Assembly: GCA_026710545.1 (NCBI GenBank)
Contig: JAPOQU010000055.1
Coordinates: 41,312 to 105,311 of the forward strand
Direction of reading: 5' to 3'
Source: Gammaproteobacteria bacterium
GTDB taxonomy: Bacteria > Pseudomonadota > Gammaproteobacteria > Eutrophobiales > Eutrophobiaceae
DNA length: 64,000 nt
Of the stretch, positions 35,873 to 47,649 are shown one piece after another. The notes beneath the pieces are model-generated. The model ran no database searches, had not been told where the DNA came from, and saw only the letters and a program-made list of their open reading frames with translations. Position numbers and translations under genes: made by a program. The stretch's first letter is position 1. Every line of letters starts with the position of its first letter.

Positions 35873-37096
35873 ATGGGTAAAGGCAGCAATTCCAGCGGCC
35901 TGCGGCGTTACAACGAACGCGCCGTCCTGACGGCGCTACGGAAGATGGAAACAGCATCCAAATCGGATTTGGCGCGTGCGAGCAACCTGACTCCGCAAGC
36001 AATAACACGTATTGTTGATGACCTGGAACACACCGGACTGGTTGCGAAGGGAGGACGCCGTCTGGGCAAGATTGGCCAACCCTCGACGATGTATGTCATC
36101 AACCCTGCGGGCGCTTATTCAATCGGCGTCAAGGTGGGACGGCAGGACCTGGAACTTCTGCTAATGGATTTTGGCGGGTCAATTGTTGAAAAATTACGGC
36201 ACAGGTTCGACTATCCGGACCCTGACTTCATGTTACGGAAAATTGCAGACAGTATCGCGCAACTGGTATCTGTCCTGCGTCCTGGAAACGCAGGAAAATT
36301 AATTGGTGTGGGTGTGGCGATGCCCTGGTTTATGGGCGCATGGACCAAAGAACCTTTCATGAAAAAGGAAATTACCCGGAAATGGGATGAAATCAATTTT
36401 TCTGATGAACTTGCCAAAGTGGTGGATCTGCCCCTGTTCATTGAGAATGATTGCTCTGCCGCCGCAGTCGCAGAATTGCAGTTTGGAGTCGGCAATCAAA
36501 AATCGAATTTCCTGTATGTATTCATCGGTACTTTTGTCGGTGGGGGGCTGGTGCTGCACGGCAATGTAGAAACGGGGATATACGGCAACGCCTGCTCGCT
36601 GGGTACGATGCCTGTGCCCGGGTCCACACTCGACACAGCCCCCGGGCATAGCGGGAGTTACGAGATGTTGCTGGACCGCGCCTCGCTGTTCTGTTTGATC
36701 CGCCATTTAAGCGGTCATGGGATTGAAATCAACGATATAAACGGGTTGGACGCGGTAATGGACCAGGCAAGACCGTTGATCCAGGAATGGCTGGAAGATT
36801 GTGCGGACGCTTTGGTTTATGTATTTATGTCGGCGATAGGGATACTGGATTTTGAATCCATCGTAATCGATGCGCATTTGCCCCGGTACCTGTTAATTGA
36901 ACTGGTAGAAATTATTTCCCGGCGGATCCGGCAAAATGCGCCGCGATCGGGTACCTTCATTCCGGAAATTCTACCAGGCAAGGTCGGTATCGATGCCATT
37001 GCCGTAGGAGGCGCAATGCTACCGTTTTATTCAAATTTTGCCGCAGACAAGACGGTCATGCTGAAGGGCGGGGTGCCGGAAAAGGTCCCGGTATGA
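35873..37096 (+). CDS. ROK-family transcriptional regulator (NagC/XylR-like)
   Basis: 407 aa; N-terminal wHTH RRYNERAVLTALRKMETASKSDLARASNLTPQAITRIVDDLEHTGLV and ROK sugar-kinase-like body. Preceded by a 400-bp AT-rich leader. Confidence 0.8.
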   Translation: MGKGSNSSGLRRYNERAVLTALRKMETASKSDLARASNLTPQAITRIVDDLEHTGLVAKGGRRLGKIGQPSTMYVINPAGAYSIGVKVGRQDLELLLMDFGGSIVEKLRHRFDYPDPDFMLRKIADSIAQLVSVLRPGNAGKLIGVGVAMPWFMGAWTKEPFMKKEITRKWDEINFSDELAKVVDLPLFIENDCSAAAVAELQFGVGNQKSNFLYVFIGTFVGGGLVLHGNVETGIYGNACSLGTMPVPGSTLDTAPGHSGSYEMLLDRASLFCLIRHLSGHGIEINDINGLDAVMDQARPLIQEWLEDCADALVYVFMSAIGILDFESIVIDAHLPRYLLIELVEIISRRIRQNAPRSGTFIPEILPGKVGIDAIAVGGAMLPFYSNFAADKTVMLKGGVPEKVPV

Positions 37097-37112
37097 CAAG
37101 TCAATGACGCCG

Positions 37113-37129
37113 CTGCGTATTTGCGCCGC
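37113..37129. terminator. bidirectional hairpin CCTGATCG-g-CGATCAGG between convergent ROK and Smr genes
   Basis: Seen directly (8-1-8 perfect inverted repeat). Confidence 0.4.
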
Positions 37130-37156
37130 GCCTGATCGGCGATCAGGTATTCCTGC

Positions 37157-37735
37157 TTACACCCGGTAATTCTTGAGCAGCACGTAAATAGCCCCGGTGC
37201 CGCCGTCGACCTGCCGCGCCGAGCAATAGGCCAGCACTTCCTGCCGTTGCTGCAACCATTTTCCTATCCGGCTTTTTATGGTCGGCCTGCCTTGTCTGGA
37301 ACGCAGGCCCTTGCCGTGGATGATGCGTACGCAACGCCGGTTGCGGGTTGTGCATTCCCGGAGAAAATCGGACAGGCTGTCCTTGGCCTGTTGGACGGTG
37401 TAGCCGTGCAGGTCCAGTTCCGCGGCGATGGCAAATTGTCCCCGGCGCAGTTTTCTGAACACCTTGTCCTGGATGCCCGGTTTTTTGTACAGGAGTTCGT
37501 CTCCGGTTTCCGCAGCCTCGGTGTCGAAAAAGCCATCAGCCATCTCCTTGATGACCGCTGCTTCGTCGGCCATTCGCTGTGTCGCTTCAGGCGCAGGTTT
37601 TCTGGTTTGCGGTATCACCTTGTCGTTTGTAACCGGGGTAACATCGCCGACCGAGCGCCGGAACAGTTCGTTCTCACCAAGTGCGGTCTTACGGTGTTTC
37701 ATTGGTATCCCCCTTGGCCGGCTCAGCCGTTGCAT
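37157..37735 (-). CDS. Smr-domain protein (SmrB/YfcN-like endonuclease)
   Basis: 192 aa; C-terminal Smr domain AELDLHGYTVQQAKDSL...RCVRIIHGKG. Confidence 0.75.
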   Translation of the reverse strand: MQRLSRPRGIPMKHRKTALGENELFRRSVGDVTPVTNDKVIPQTRKPAPEATQRMADEAAVIKEMADGFFDTEAAETGDELLYKKPGIQDKVFRKLRRGQFAIAAELDLHGYTVQQAKDSLSDFLRECTTRNRRCVRIIHGKGLRSRQGRPTIKSRIGKWLQQRQEVLAYCSARQVDGGTGAIYVLLKNYRV

Positions 37736-37742
37736 GGCATGG

Positions 37743-38345
37743 TTATGTAGGTCTCAATACCGGCCTTTTACCTGGTTTCAGCCTGGGAGAGCGCAGGGCG
37801 AGTAACAGGCAAAGGATGAGGCCGTAGATTACCGGGGGCAGGATATCCGCCTTGACCAGCCACAGGTAGTGGAAGATGACCAGGACCGCGATGGGGTAGA
37901 TCAGGGAGTGGAGTCTGCGCCAGTTGTTTCCCAGGCGCTGCACCATCTTATTCGTAGACGTGACTGCCAGGGGGATCAGTAACACAAATGCCGTGAAGCC
38001 GACGGTGATGTACGGCCGTTTCGCCACATCGCGCACGATTTCGTCCCAGTCGAAGAACTGGTCCAGCACCAGGTAGGTGGAAAAGTGCAGGCAGGCGTAA
38101 AAAAATGCAAACAGGCCCAGCATTCTCCGGAACCGGATCAGCGCGTTCTTGCGGGTGAGTGTCCGTAATGGTGTGATCGACAGGGTAACAAGCAGGAAGT
38201 TCAGCGCCCATTCACCGGTGAAATGGGTGATCTCCTTGATCGGGTTGGCCGTCAGGTTATTGGTGAAGCCGTTGTAGACCAGTACGCAGAACGGGATCGT
38301 ACAGAGCAGGAACAGCAGCGGCTTGGACCAGCGCGAGGTCATCAA
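37743..38345 (-). CDS. msrQ: protein-methionine-sulfoxide reductase heme-binding subunit MsrQ
   Basis: 200-aa multi-TM protein with conserved His residues. Overlaps msrP by 4 bp. Confidence 0.8.
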   Translation of the reverse strand: MMTSRWSKPLLFLLCTIPFCVLVYNGFTNNLTANPIKEITHFTGEWALNFLLVTLSITPLRTLTRKNALIRFRRMLGLFAFFYACLHFSTYLVLDQFFDWDEIVRDVAKRPYITVGFTAFVLLIPLAVTSTNKMVQRLGNNWRRLHSLIYPIAVLVIFHYLWLVKADILPPVIYGLILCLLLALRSPRLKPGKRPVLRPT

Positions 38346-39289
38346 TAATGTTTCCGCAAATCCATGCCGCGGTAGAGTGAAGCAACCTGCTCGCCGTAGC
38401 CGTTGAACATCAGGGTCTCGCGTTTCAGGAAGTCCCCGATACGGCGTTCCTTGCGCTGGCTCCAGCGCGGGTGGTCCACTTCGGGATTGACGTTGGAATA
38501 AAACCCGTATTCCTGCGGCGCCGACATATTCCAGGATGTTTTCGGTTGTTTGCGGGTGAATTCAATCCTGACGATGGACTTGATGCTTTTGAAGCCGTAT
38601 TTCCAGGGCACGACCAGGCGGATGGGCGCGCCGTTCTGGTTCGGCAGCACCTCGCCGTACAGTCCCACGGTCAGCAGGGTCAGGGGATGCATGGCCTCGT
38701 CAATGCGCAATCCTTCCCGGTAGGGCCAGTCCAGCACCCGGCGCCTGAGGCCGGGCATTTCCTCGGGACGCATGACGGTGGTAAACGCCACGTATTTTGC
38801 CTCTGACGTGGGTTCAAACCGTTTCAGCACATCAGCAAGCGCTATCCCGACCCAGGGAATCACCATGGACCAGGCTTCGACACAACGCAGACGGTAGATG
38901 CGTTCCTCCAGTTGATGGGGATTGATGATGTCTTCATAGCTGTACGTACCCGGTTTCATGCACTCGCCGTCAACCACGACGGACCAGGGTTGCGGCTGGA
39001 ATTTGCCGGCGTTCTCGGACGGGTCGCTCTTATGGGTGCCGAATTCGTAAAAGTTGTTGTAACTGGTGATTGCGTCATAGGGCGTCAACTCCTCGTCCGT
39101 GGAATAGTCGCGGTTTTTAACCGTGGACAGTTTCGTAGCAGCCAGGGCTCCCGATATGGTGAGAGTGTTGAGCAAGGCGCCGGCAATGCCGAGGTTTGCG
39201 CCGGCGCGGATGAATTTACGCCTGTTCAGGTACAGCTGCCTGTCCGTGATCTCGGAAGGTTTAATCAAATCCGGTGTTTTTATCAGCAT
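38342..39289 (-). CDS. msrP: protein-methionine-sulfoxide reductase catalytic subunit MsrP (molybdopterin oxidoreductase YedY)
   Basis: 315 aa; Tat signal ([17 protein letters not shown]) and YedY-family core. Confidence 0.85.
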   Translation of the reverse strand: MLIKTPDLIKPSEITDRQLYLNRRKFIRAGANLGIAGALLNTLTISGALAATKLSTVKNRDYSTDEELTPYDAITSYNNFYEFGTHKSDPSENAGKFQPQPWSVVVDGECMKPGTYSYEDIINPHQLEERIYRLRCVEAWSMVIPWVGIALADVLKRFEPTSEAKYVAFTTVMRPEEMPGLRRRVLDWPYREGLRIDEAMHPLTLLTVGLYGEVLPNQNGAPIRLVVPWKYGFKSIKSIVRIEFTRKQPKTSWNMSAPQEYGFYSNVNPEVDHPRWSQRKERRIGDFLKRETLMFNGYGEQVASLYRGMDLRKHY

Positions 39290-39348
39290 GTCGGTTGCCT
39301 CGCGTTCATTTAAATTATTGACCAGGACCAGCGTGAAAAGTTCTGTAT

Positions 39349-42300
39349 TCAGTCAACCCATTGTCTTGCATTATAGAACATCTGCATCCAGGGGCTGTCG
39401 GCGCCGGGTTGGTCATGGTCTATCCAGGACATCTGTTGTTTCAGGAATACCCGTTCCGGGTGCGGCATCAGTATGGTAAAGCGTCCGTCGTCACTGGTAA
39501 AACCCGTCAGACCCCCGCTCGAGCCGTTGGGATTGTAAGGGTAAGTGTTCGTCACTGCACCGCGGTTATCGACAAACCGCAAAACCGGCAGGGTGTGTGC
39601 CTGGGCTTCGCCGGTCTCCACGCGCCCCTCCCCGTGAGCCACCACGATGGGCAACCTGGCCCCGGCCATGCCTTGCATGAACAGGGAAGGGGAGTCCATG
39701 ACCTCGACCATGACCACGCGGGATTCAAATTGCTCCGAGCGGTTGCGTTCGAAATCCGGCCAGTGAGCGGCGCCGGGTATGATGCTGCGCAGCCGGGACA
39801 ACATCTGGCAGCCGTTACAGACGCCCAGGCCGAAGCTGTCGGTGCGCTTGAAGAACTGCTCGAATTCATCCCTGAGGCGGTCATTGAAGAGTATGGATTT
39901 TGCCCAGCCGCCGCCGGCGCCCAGGACGTCGCCGTAGGAAAAACCGCCGCAGGCCACCAGGCCTGCCAGGCCGGCCAGGGACGCAGACCCGCGTTGCAGG
40001 TCGTTCATGTTGATATCCAGGCATTCGAAACCCGCGCGTTCAAACGCAGCAGCCATCTCGACGTGGCCGTTCACACCCTGTTCGCGCAGGATACCGACGG
40101 CAGGCTTCGGCTTGAGGCCTGCCGGGGCGGACACGGTGTCCGGGTTCCCGTTTGCGCGGGAACGACGGCCCGTGATTGACAGGCCCGGGTCGGAAAGATC
40201 CTGCAGGGCTGCAAATTCCTCTGCGGCGCAGGCCGGGTTATCCCGTATTGATTGCATATGAAAAGTAGTGAGTGACCAGAGCCGGTGCAGGTGGTCAATC
40301 CCTGCTGAATAAACCTCCCGTTGCCGGTGCCTGATGCGTACCCGGTGGTCCGCGTTCGGGCGGGCAACCGGCAGCAGGCAGGTTTCGGGAAGGCCGGATT
40401 GAATTAACGTTTCCAGTACTTCCTGAACGTGGTCCGAGCGGACCTGGAGTACGATACCGGGCTCCTCGTTGAACAGGTATGCCACCAGGCCGGCGCTGCC
40501 CGCGTCCATGTCCAGGCCGCAACGGCCGGCAAACGCCATCTCGCACAGGGTAGCGAAGACCCCGCCGTCGGAACGATCGTGGTAGGCCAGGATATAACCG
40601 GCTTCATTCAACAACTGGACGGCATGGAAACAGGCGGCCAGCAGGGACGGCTCGTCCAGGTCGGGGGTGGTCAAACCGGTCTGCTGCGTTACCTGGGACA
40701 AGGCAGAGCCGCCCAGGCGGTTTTTCCCCATCCCCAGGTCGACCAGTAACAGGGTGGAATCTTCCAGTCTCTGCAACTGCGGCGTCAGGGTCTTGCGGAT
40801 ATCGGCAACCGGGGCAAACGCGGTGACGTTCAACGATACCGGGGCCGTTGTCCGCCGTTCCAGGCCTTGCCGTGTCCACGCCACGCTCATCGACATCGAA
40901 TCCTTGCCTACCGGGATCGGGATACGCAACTGCTGCGCCAGCGTTGAAACGGCTTCGACGGTAGCATACAGGGCGGCCTGCTGATCCGGGTCGGCGGCGG
41001 CCGCCATCCAGTTTGCGGACAGCGCCACGTCGTCCAGGCGCAGGATACGGCTGGAACAGATATTTGTCAGGGCCTCGGCAACAGCCAGCCGTCCGGATGC
41101 CGGCGCGTTGCTGACGGCTACGGGTGGGCGTTCGCCAAGGGCCATGGCCTCTCCGGTCAAGGCGCCGTACGAGGAAGCGGTCACCGCGCAGTCCGCTACC
41201 GGGGTTTGCCAGGGTCCCACCATCTGGTCGCGCACCACCAGGCCGGAAACACTACGGTCGCCGATGGTTATCAGGAAGCGCTTGTCGGCTACGGACGGAA
41301 CCTGCAACACCCTGGAAATGAGTTCGTCCAGGCTGAGATCAGGAGGTTCACGCGTTTCCATGGCAGGCGTGTAGTCCTTTGCCTGTATGGACAGCCCGGG
41401 GGTTTTGCCGAGTATCAGGTCCAGGGGCAGGTCTATGGGGTCCGCACCGGTCCGGCTGTCGGTCACGGTCAGCCGTCCGCTGCCGTTGGTCTCGCCGATG
41501 GCTGCATAGGGCGCCCGTTCCCGCTCACACAGGTCGCCGAACTGTTTCAACCCGTCTGCGGCGATGGCCAGGACGTACCTTTCCTGGGCTTCGTTACACC
41601 ATAATTCCATCGGCGACATGCCCTGGTCCGCGCTGTGGACTGCGCGCAGTTCAAACACGGCGCCGCTGCGGTGAACCAGTTCAGGTAGCGCATTGGACAG
41701 GCCGCCGGCGCCTACGTCATGGATGGACAGGATCGGGTTTGCCGCGCCCAGCGCCCAGCACTGGTCGATGACTTCCTGGCAACGCCGCTGCATTTCCGCG
41801 TTATCACGCTGTACCGATGCAAAGTCCAGTTCCCGGTCGCTGGCGCCCGCGGTCATCGAGGACGCGGCGCCGCCGCCGAGACCGATCAACATCGCCGGGC
41901 CGCCCAGGACGACGATCCTGCTGCCCGCGGGAAGTTCGTTCTTGTTGACGTGACCGGGGCGGACCACACCGAAACCGCCGGCAAGCATGATGGGCTTGTG
42001 GTAGCCCCAGCTGTTGCCTGGCGCCTTGTCTGCCTGTTCAAACGTGCGGAAATAACCGGCGAGGGCGGGGCGGCCGAATTCATTGTTGTATGATGCCGCG
42101 CCTATCGGCCCCTCCAGCATGATATCCAGGGGGGAGGCAAGATGATCGGGCTTCTCTGCAGCCTGTTCCCAGGGTTGCGGCAGCGCCGGTATGTTCAGGT
42201 TGGAAACGCTGAAACCCGTGAGGCCGGCCCTGGGCTTCGCCCCGCATCCGGTCGCAGCCTCATCTCGAATTTCACCGCCGGACCCGGTGGCTGCGCCGGG

Positions 42301-43221
42301 AAACGGTGAGATGGCCGTAGGGTGGTTGTGGGTTTCCACTTTCATAAGTATATGTACATCTTCATGTACATATTGATAGCTGCGATCCAGGGGCGATGCG
42401 AAGAAGCGCGCGGCCCGCTGGCCGCGCATGACCGCGGCATTGTCAGAATAGGCGGACAAGACCCTGCCGGGATGCGCGGCATGAGTATCCCTGATGAGGT
42501 CGAACAGGCTTTTAGCCCTGGCTTCTCCCCCGATAGTCCAGCGCGCATTGAATGTCTTGTGGCGGCAGTGTTCCGAGTTGACCTGGGCAAACGTCATCAG
42601 TTCCACGTCCGTGGGGTCGCGCCCAAGCCCGCCGAATGCAGCGTACAGGTAATTTATTTCCTCATCCGATAATGCCAGCCCCATCAATATGTTAGCTTCC
42701 TGTAGCGCGGCTTTGCCGCCAGTGCCCAGGGGGATATGCGCCAATCCGTCCGCGGCACGGACAGCAAACAGGCGTGCGGCCTCGTTGATGTCCTCCACTA
42801 CCACCTGGGTCATCCGGTCATGCAGGCAGCGCCTGACCGCGTCCGTCAGCCCCTGGCCGGGGTGCCGGCCGTCTGCGTATTCCAGGTACCAGCAGGTGCC
42901 GCGCTCTATGCGTTTCACCGCCGTCAGGCCGCAATGGTGCAGGATATCCGTGGCTTTGCTGGACCAGGGCGAGATCATGCCGGGTCTCGGGATCACGATA
43001 CAGGCTGGTTTTGCGCGGTCAGGGATATCCGCAGCCGGGCCGTAAGCGAGCAACTCGCCCAGCCGCGCTTGCTCGTGCCCGCCCAGGGGGGCGTCAAGAT
43101 CCAGGATATGTACGAACCGGGTCCGTATATTGTGCAGGCCCGGCAGGAACGTTGCCAGTTCGGCCAGCTTCTTGTCGATACGGAACTGTGAGGCGGCGGC
43201 CGGGCCGGGGACGATGAGCAT
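39349..43221 (-). CDS. purL: phosphoribosylformylglycinamidine synthase (FGAM synthase, large single-chain form)
   Basis: ~1290 aa. Start chosen at [19 protein letters not shown] by similarity to the E. coli PurL N-terminus; the longest ORF runs to 43275. C-terminal glutaminase domain. Confidence 0.9.
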   Translation of the reverse strand: MLIVPGPAAASQFRIDKKLAELATFLPGLHNIRTRFVHILDLDAPLGGHEQARLGELLAYGPAADIPDRAKPACIVIPRPGMISPWSSKATDILHHCGLTAVKRIERGTCWYLEYADGRHPGQGLTDAVRRCLHDRMTQVVVEDINEAARLFAVRAADGLAHIPLGTGGKAALQEANILMGLALSDEEINYLYAAFGGLGRDPTDVELMTFAQVNSEHCRHKTFNARWTIGGEARAKSLFDLIRDTHAAHPGRVLSAYSDNAAVMRGQRAARFFASPLDRSYQYVHEDVHILMKVETHNHPTAISPFPGAATGSGGEIRDEAATGCGAKPRAGLTGFSVSNLNIPALPQPWEQAAEKPDHLASPLDIMLEGPIGAASYNNEFGRPALAGYFRTFEQADKAPGNSWGYHKPIMLAGGFGVVRPGHVNKNELPAGSRIVVLGGPAMLIGLGGGAASSMTAGASDRELDFASVQRDNAEMQRRCQEVIDQCWALGAANPILSIHDVGAGGLSNALPELVHRSGAVFELRAVHSADQGMSPMELWCNEAQERYVLAIAADGLKQFGDLCERERAPYAAIGETNGSGRLTVTDSRTGADPIDLPLDLILGKTPGLSIQAKDYTPAMETREPPDLSLDELISRVLQVPSVADKRFLITIGDRSVSGLVVRDQMVGPWQTPVADCAVTASSYGALTGEAMALGERPPVAVSNAPASGRLAVAEALTNICSSRILRLDDVALSANWMAAAADPDQQAALYATVEAVSTLAQQLRIPIPVGKDSMSMSVAWTRQGLERRTTAPVSLNVTAFAPVADIRKTLTPQLQRLEDSTLLLVDLGMGKNRLGGSALSQVTQQTGLTTPDLDEPSLLAACFHAVQLLNEAGYILAYHDRSDGGVFATLCEMAFAGRCGLDMDAGSAGLVAYLFNEEPGIVLQVRSDHVQEVLETLIQSGLPETCLLPVARPNADHRVRIRHRQREVYSAGIDHLHRLWSLTTFHMQSIRDNPACAAEEFAALQDLSDPGLSITGRRSRANGNPDTVSAPAGLKPKPAVGILREQGVNGHVEMAAAFERAGFECLDINMNDLQRGSASLAGLAGLVACGGFSYGDVLGAGGGWAKSILFNDRLRDEFEQFFKRTDSFGLGVCNGCQMLSRLRSIIPGAAHWPDFERNRSEQFESRVVMVEVMDSPSLFMQGMAGARLPIVVAHGEGRVETGEAQAHTLPVLRFVDNRGAVTNTYPYNPNGSSGGLTGFTSDDGRFTILMPHPERVFLKQQMSWIDHDQPGADSPWMQMFYNARQWVD

Positions 43222-43246
43222 TATTGCCGCCAATCCTGCAGGTCGC

Positions 43247-44641
43247 TCAGCCTTTGCCCTCTTTCCAACCGGCAATAATCTGCCCGGTTTGTTCTACGGC
43301 ATTGCCGATGTAATCCCGGGGGGCCAGGTCCGACAAGGTGGCTTTAACGTCAGCCGGCAGGTCGAGTCCGGCAGTGAATTTCCGCAGGGCTTCCCGGTCA
43401 AGCCGTTGTCCCCGGGTCAGTTCCCTGAGTTGTTCATAGGACCCCTCGATACCGTGCCGGCGCATCGCGGTCTGTATCGCCTCGGCCAGGACTTCGGGGT
43501 TGTCATCCAGGTCGGCGTTGATGCGGTCCGCGTTCGCCTCCAGTTTGCCCAGGCCTTTCAGGCATGACTGGTAGGCGATGAGGCAGTGGGCGATGGCCGA
43601 ACCCGTGTTCCGGTTGACGGTAGAATCGGTGAGATCCCGCTGCCAGCGGGACACGGGCAGTTTTTCCGCCAGGAAGCCGAGCAGGGCATTGGCGACTCCC
43701 AGGTTGCCTTCCGCGTTCTCGAAGTCGATGGGATTCACCTTGTGCGGCATGGTTGACGAGCCTGTTTCGCCGGCAACGGCTTTCAGCCGGAAGTAATCCA
43801 GGGCGATATAACCCCAGGTATCGCGGCACAGGTCAACCAGGATCGTGTTGATGCGGCCGAGCGCCTGGAAGTATTCGGCCTGGTAGTCATGGGCTTCTAC
43901 CTGGGTGGTATGCGGGTTGTGCGAAAGACCCAGCGATTCGACGAAGTTGCGGGAAAACTCCATCCAGTCAACGCCGGGACAGGCAACGAGGTGCGCATTG
44001 AAATTTCCCACAGCACCGTTCATCTTGCCCAGAATTTCAACTTGCCTGAACAGGTCGATCTGCCGCTGTAACCGGTGTACGAATACGGCCAGTTCCTTGC
44101 CCAGGGTGGTGGGGGAGGCGGGCTGTCCGTGGGTTCTGGACAACATGGGCTGTGCGGCCCAGCGTTCCGCGAGATCACTCAACTCATCCAGGAGCGAGGA
44201 CAAGGCTGCGCACAGGTGTTTTTCCCGGGCTTCCGCCAGTTGCAGGCCCTGGCTCAGGTTGTTGATGTCTTCCGAGGTACAGGCAAAGTGTATGAATTCG
44301 GACAGGGATCGCAGTTCGTCATCGCCGCTGATTTTTTCCCGGATGAAGTATTCCACCGCTTTCACGTCATGGTTTGTGGTTTTTTCGAGCTGCTTGATCC
44401 TGGCGGCATCAGCCTGTGAGAAATCGCGGATGATCGCGTCGAGTGCCTGTACGGCCGCCGGGCTTAATCCGTCCGGCCCGGTAATGCCGGGATGATTTGC
44501 CAGGGCTTGCAGCCAGCGTATCTCGACTTCCAGCCGCTTGTGAAACAGGCCGTATTCGCTGAACAGGTTGCGCAGTTCTGCTGTCCTTGACCCGTAACGG
44601 CCGTCTATTGGCGATATTGCGGTAAGGTGGCTTAATTCCAT
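43247..44641 (-). CDS. purB: adenylosuccinate lyase
   Basis: 464 aa; N-terminus [32 protein letters not shown] closely matches E. coli PurB. Confidence 0.9.
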   Translation of the reverse strand: MELSHLTAISPIDGRYGSRTAELRNLFSEYGLFHKRLEVEIRWLQALANHPGITGPDGLSPAAVQALDAIIRDFSQADAARIKQLEKTTNHDVKAVEYFIREKISGDDELRSLSEFIHFACTSEDINNLSQGLQLAEAREKHLCAALSSLLDELSDLAERWAAQPMLSRTHGQPASPTTLGKELAVFVHRLQRQIDLFRQVEILGKMNGAVGNFNAHLVACPGVDWMEFSRNFVESLGLSHNPHTTQVEAHDYQAEYFQALGRINTILVDLCRDTWGYIALDYFRLKAVAGETGSSTMPHKVNPIDFENAEGNLGVANALLGFLAEKLPVSRWQRDLTDSTVNRNTGSAIAHCLIAYQSCLKGLGKLEANADRINADLDDNPEVLAEAIQTAMRRHGIEGSYEQLRELTRGQRLDREALRKFTAGLDLPADVKATLSDLAPRDYIGNAVEQTGQIIAGWKEGKG

Positions 44642-44657
44642 CTGTCAGGTCCCGTGT

Positions 44658-45701
44658 TCATGGGCTGGGATTGGGTTGTGAGCGGTGGATTTCATCGATC
44701 CGTTTCATCGTGGTCTTGTCCAGTTCAAGATCGACACTGGCTATATTGGCGGCAAGCTGTTCCATGGAGGTGGCGCCGATTATCGTGCTGGTGACGAACG
44801 GCCGCCGGTTGACGAAGGCCAGGGCCATCTGCGCCGGGTCCAGACCGTTTTCATCGGCGATTGCCGCGTATTGCCGTGTGCACTGCGCGGCCGCCTTGTT
44901 GTTATAGCGTTTGTATGTTTCACCGAATAAGGTCAGGCGCGCCCCTTCAGGTTGGTTTCCATTCAGGTATTTACCCGATAATACACCGAATCCCAGTGGT
45001 GAATAAGCCAACAGGCCGACTTTTTCCCGGTGCGCGATTTCTGCAAGGCCGATATCAAAGCTCCGGTTAAGCAAACTGTACGGGTTTTGTATGGAAACGA
45101 CCCGCGGCAGGTTTAATTCCCGCGACAAACGGAGGTATTCGCACAGTCCCCAGGGGGTTTCATTGGAAACACCGGCGTAGCGGATTTTCCCTGCCCTGAT
45201 CTGTTCATCCAGGGCTTCGAGCGTTTCCGCTAACGGTACCCCGTCCTTGACGGGGGCATGGTAGTAATCAAGCTGGCCGAAATAATTCGCATCCCGTTCC
45301 GGCCAGTGTACCTGGTACAGGTCGATATAGTCCGTCTGCAGGCGTTTGAGACTGGCGTCGACAGCCATCTGCATGTTTTTCCTGTCCAGCCGGTTATCTC
45401 CGCCGCGCAGGTACTTGATGTGGGCTGCCGCAGGACAGATCTTCGTGGCAATGATCAGCCGCTCCCGGTCCGGGCGTTGTTTCAGCCATGTGCCCAGGTA
45501 TTCTTCCGTCCTGCCCTGGGTCCCGGCCCGGATCGGCATGGGATAGAGTTCCGCGGTGTCGATGAAGTTGATACCTTGTGCTACGGCAAAATCGAGCTGC
45601 CGGCGGGCTTCTGCCGGCGTGTTCTGTTCGCCCCAGGTCATGCTGCCAAGGCAGATTACACTGACGTCGATATCGGTGTGTCCCAGTTTCCGGTATTGCA
45701 T
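44658..45701 (-). CDS. NADP(H)-dependent aldo/keto reductase (Tas-like)
   Basis: 347 aa; N-terminus MQYRKLGHTDIDVSVICLGSMTWGE and AKR core. Confidence 0.8.
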   Translation of the reverse strand: MQYRKLGHTDIDVSVICLGSMTWGEQNTPAEARRQLDFAVAQGINFIDTAELYPMPIRAGTQGRTEEYLGTWLKQRPDRERLIIATKICPAAAHIKYLRGGDNRLDRKNMQMAVDASLKRLQTDYIDLYQVHWPERDANYFGQLDYYHAPVKDGVPLAETLEALDEQIRAGKIRYAGVSNETPWGLCEYLRLSRELNLPRVVSIQNPYSLLNRSFDIGLAEIAHREKVGLLAYSPLGFGVLSGKYLNGNQPEGARLTLFGETYKRYNNKAAAQCTRQYAAIADENGLDPAQMALAFVNRRPFVTSTIIGATSMEQLAANIASVDLELDKTTMKRIDEIHRSQPNPSP

Positions 45702-45739
45702 GTGACGGAATGATATACTAGTTTTGGTTCTTAGTGGAT

Positions 45740-45819
45740 ATTTGGGGTCAGAGTAAAAATACCTGAAGACAGATATCTGCCATATGCCAACTCAACGGTA
45801 TTTTTACTCTGACCCCAAA
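45740..45819. repeat. 81-bp element: perfect 24-bp inverted repeat (ATTTGGGGTCAGAGTAAAAATACC / GGTATTTTTACTCTGACCCCAAAT) with 33-nt loop containing palindrome CAGATATCTG
   Basis: Seen directly in the divergent AKR/pyrC intergenic region. Confidence 0.8.
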
Positions 45820-45838
45820 TAGCTGAAAACTGAAAGCT

Positions 45839-46879
45839 GTGGATACGATCACACTGATTAAGCCTGATGATTTCCACCTGCACCTGCGTGACGGGGCGGA
45901 AATGGCCAGCGTTGTACATGACAGTGCCAGGCGCTTCGCCAGGGCGGTAATCATGCCGAACCTGGTTCCGCCGATCGTATCCGTCGAACAGGCCCTGGAC
46001 TATCGCCGGAGAATACTCGCACACCTGCCGCAAGACCCGGGGTTCAATCCATTGATGACCCTGTACCTGACCGATGACACCGGCAGGGATGAAGTGGACC
46101 GTGTGGCGGAAAACGAGCAGGTCTGTGCGTTCAAGTATTACCCGGCCGGCGCCACGACCAATTCTGCTTCCGGCGTAACCGCTATCGGCAAAGTGATGCC
46201 GTTGCTGGAATACATGGCGCAAAGAGACGTGCCGCTGCTGGTCCATGGAGAGGTGACGGATGCCGGCGTCGATGTGTTTGACCGGGAAAAGGTATTCATC
46301 GAACAGGTTCTGTCTCCACTGGTCGAGGATATCGGTTCGCTGCGCATCGTTTTTGAGCATGCCACCACCAGGGATGCGGTACAGTTCGTAACCGGCGCAC
46401 CGGCAAAGGTCGCGGCCACGATTACCCCGCACCACCTGATGTTAAACCGGAATGCCATGCTCTCCGGCGGTATCAATCCACACCATTATTGCCTGCCCAT
46501 CCTGAAAAGAGAGATACACCGGCAGGCCCTGGTGGACGCGGCGACCAGCGGCAACCCGAAGTTTTTCCTCGGCACCGACAGCGCTCCCCATCCCGTACGG
46601 TCGAAGGAAAAGCCACCCTGCTGCGCAGGCATCTACAACGCTTATGCAGCCATTGAGTTGTATGCATCCGTATTCGATTCCATGGACAGCCTGGATACCC
46701 TGGAAAACTTTGCCAGCAGGAACGGCGCCCGGTTTTACGGGTTGCCGCTGAACACACAGACAATCACCATGCGCCGTGAACGATGGCGTATTCCCGATAC
46801 GATAAGTTTCGCGGGCAACATGCTCGTGCCGTTCAGGGCAGGAGAGTCCTGCCAATGGAAATTACTTTATGAACGATGA
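45839..46879 (+). CDS. pyrC: dihydroorotase (class II)
   Basis: 346 aa; N-terminus KPDDFHLHLRDG matches E. coli PyrC (RPDDWHLHLRDG). Confidence 0.85.
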   Translation: MDTITLIKPDDFHLHLRDGAEMASVVHDSARRFARAVIMPNLVPPIVSVEQALDYRRRILAHLPQDPGFNPLMTLYLTDDTGRDEVDRVAENEQVCAFKYYPAGATTNSASGVTAIGKVMPLLEYMAQRDVPLLVHGEVTDAGVDVFDREKVFIEQVLSPLVEDIGSLRIVFEHATTRDAVQFVTGAPAKVAATITPHHLMLNRNAMLSGGINPHHYCLPILKREIHRQALVDAATSGNPKFFLGTDSAPHPVRSKEKPPCCAGIYNAYAAIELYASVFDSMDSLDTLENFASRNGARFYGLPLNTQTITMRRERWRIPDTISFAGNMLVPFRAGESCQWKLLYER

Positions 46880-47486
46880 CGTGGAAAATTTGATCGCCGG
46901 CCGCTTCAGGAGCTACTATCCCGTAGTCGTCGACGTGGAAACGGCGGGGTTTGACCCCGTGAAGGATGCCTTGCTGGAGGTTGCAGTAGTTTTCCTGGAG
47001 GTAAACAAGGACGGCATGTGGTCCCCAATGGAGACCATTTCAAAGCATATACAACCCTTTCCGGGAGCCAACCTGGACAAGGCCGCGCTGGAATTTACCG
47101 GTATCGACCCTGATCATCCTTTCCGCAAGGAGATTGCCGTATCCGAGAAAGAGGCATTGCGTGAAATTTTTCAGACCGTGAAGAGGATGATGAAGCAGAA
47201 CGGATGCACCCGCGCCATCCTGGTGGGGCACAACCCGGCCTTTGACCTGAGCTTCATTAATGCCGCCGCCGGCCGCTCCGGCCTGACGCGCAACCCGTTT
47301 CACCCCTTCAGCACTTTTGATACGGCTACGCTCGGCGGCCTGGCATACGGCCAGACAGTATTGTCCCGGGCGGTGAAGGCGGCGGGACTGGATTGGGAAG
47401 AGGAAGAAGCACATTCGGCCCTCTACGATGCGGAACGCACGGCCGAGTTATTCTGCAGTATCGTCAATCTCTGGCCACTTCGTTAG
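46869..47486 (+). CDS. rnt: ribonuclease T
   Basis: 205 aa; DEDDh exonuclease with RFRSYYPVVVDVETAGF, matching the E. coli RNase T N-terminus. Confidence 0.8.
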   Translation: MNDDVENLIAGRFRSYYPVVVDVETAGFDPVKDALLEVAVVFLEVNKDGMWSPMETISKHIQPFPGANLDKAALEFTGIDPDHPFRKEIAVSEKEALREIFQTVKRMMKQNGCTRAILVGHNPAFDLSFINAAAGRSGLTRNPFHPFSTFDTATLGGLAYGQTVLSRAVKAAGLDWEEEEAHSALYDAERTAELFCSIVNLWPLR

Positions 47487-47503
47487 ACTTCACAGCTGTC
47501 CGC

Positions 47504-47526
47504 CATTCCTGCGCAGGAATGACGAT
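47504..47526. repeat. REP-like hairpin CATTCCTGCGCAGGAATGacgat after rnt
   Basis: 8-2-8 perfect inverted repeat sharing the core TTCCTGC..GCAGGAATGACGA with 23604-23630. Confidence 0.6.
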
Positions 47527-47649
47527 TTAATGACAGTTTTATCTGTCGTTACCCATCTGATTGTGGTAAAATTTCCGCTTTTACATCTAACTCCATTTCA
47601 AGTGGGAAACAGCAGGGAATAAACCTGTCAAGTGCCTGATTAGAGAAAC

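Noticed and set aside
39361-43191. Long antisense/alternative-frame ORFs within purL (e.g. 39361-40179, 41206-41604, 42736-43191)
   Set aside because: Nested in a 1290-aa conserved purL reading frame; translations are Arg/Gly/Pro-rich GC artefacts.
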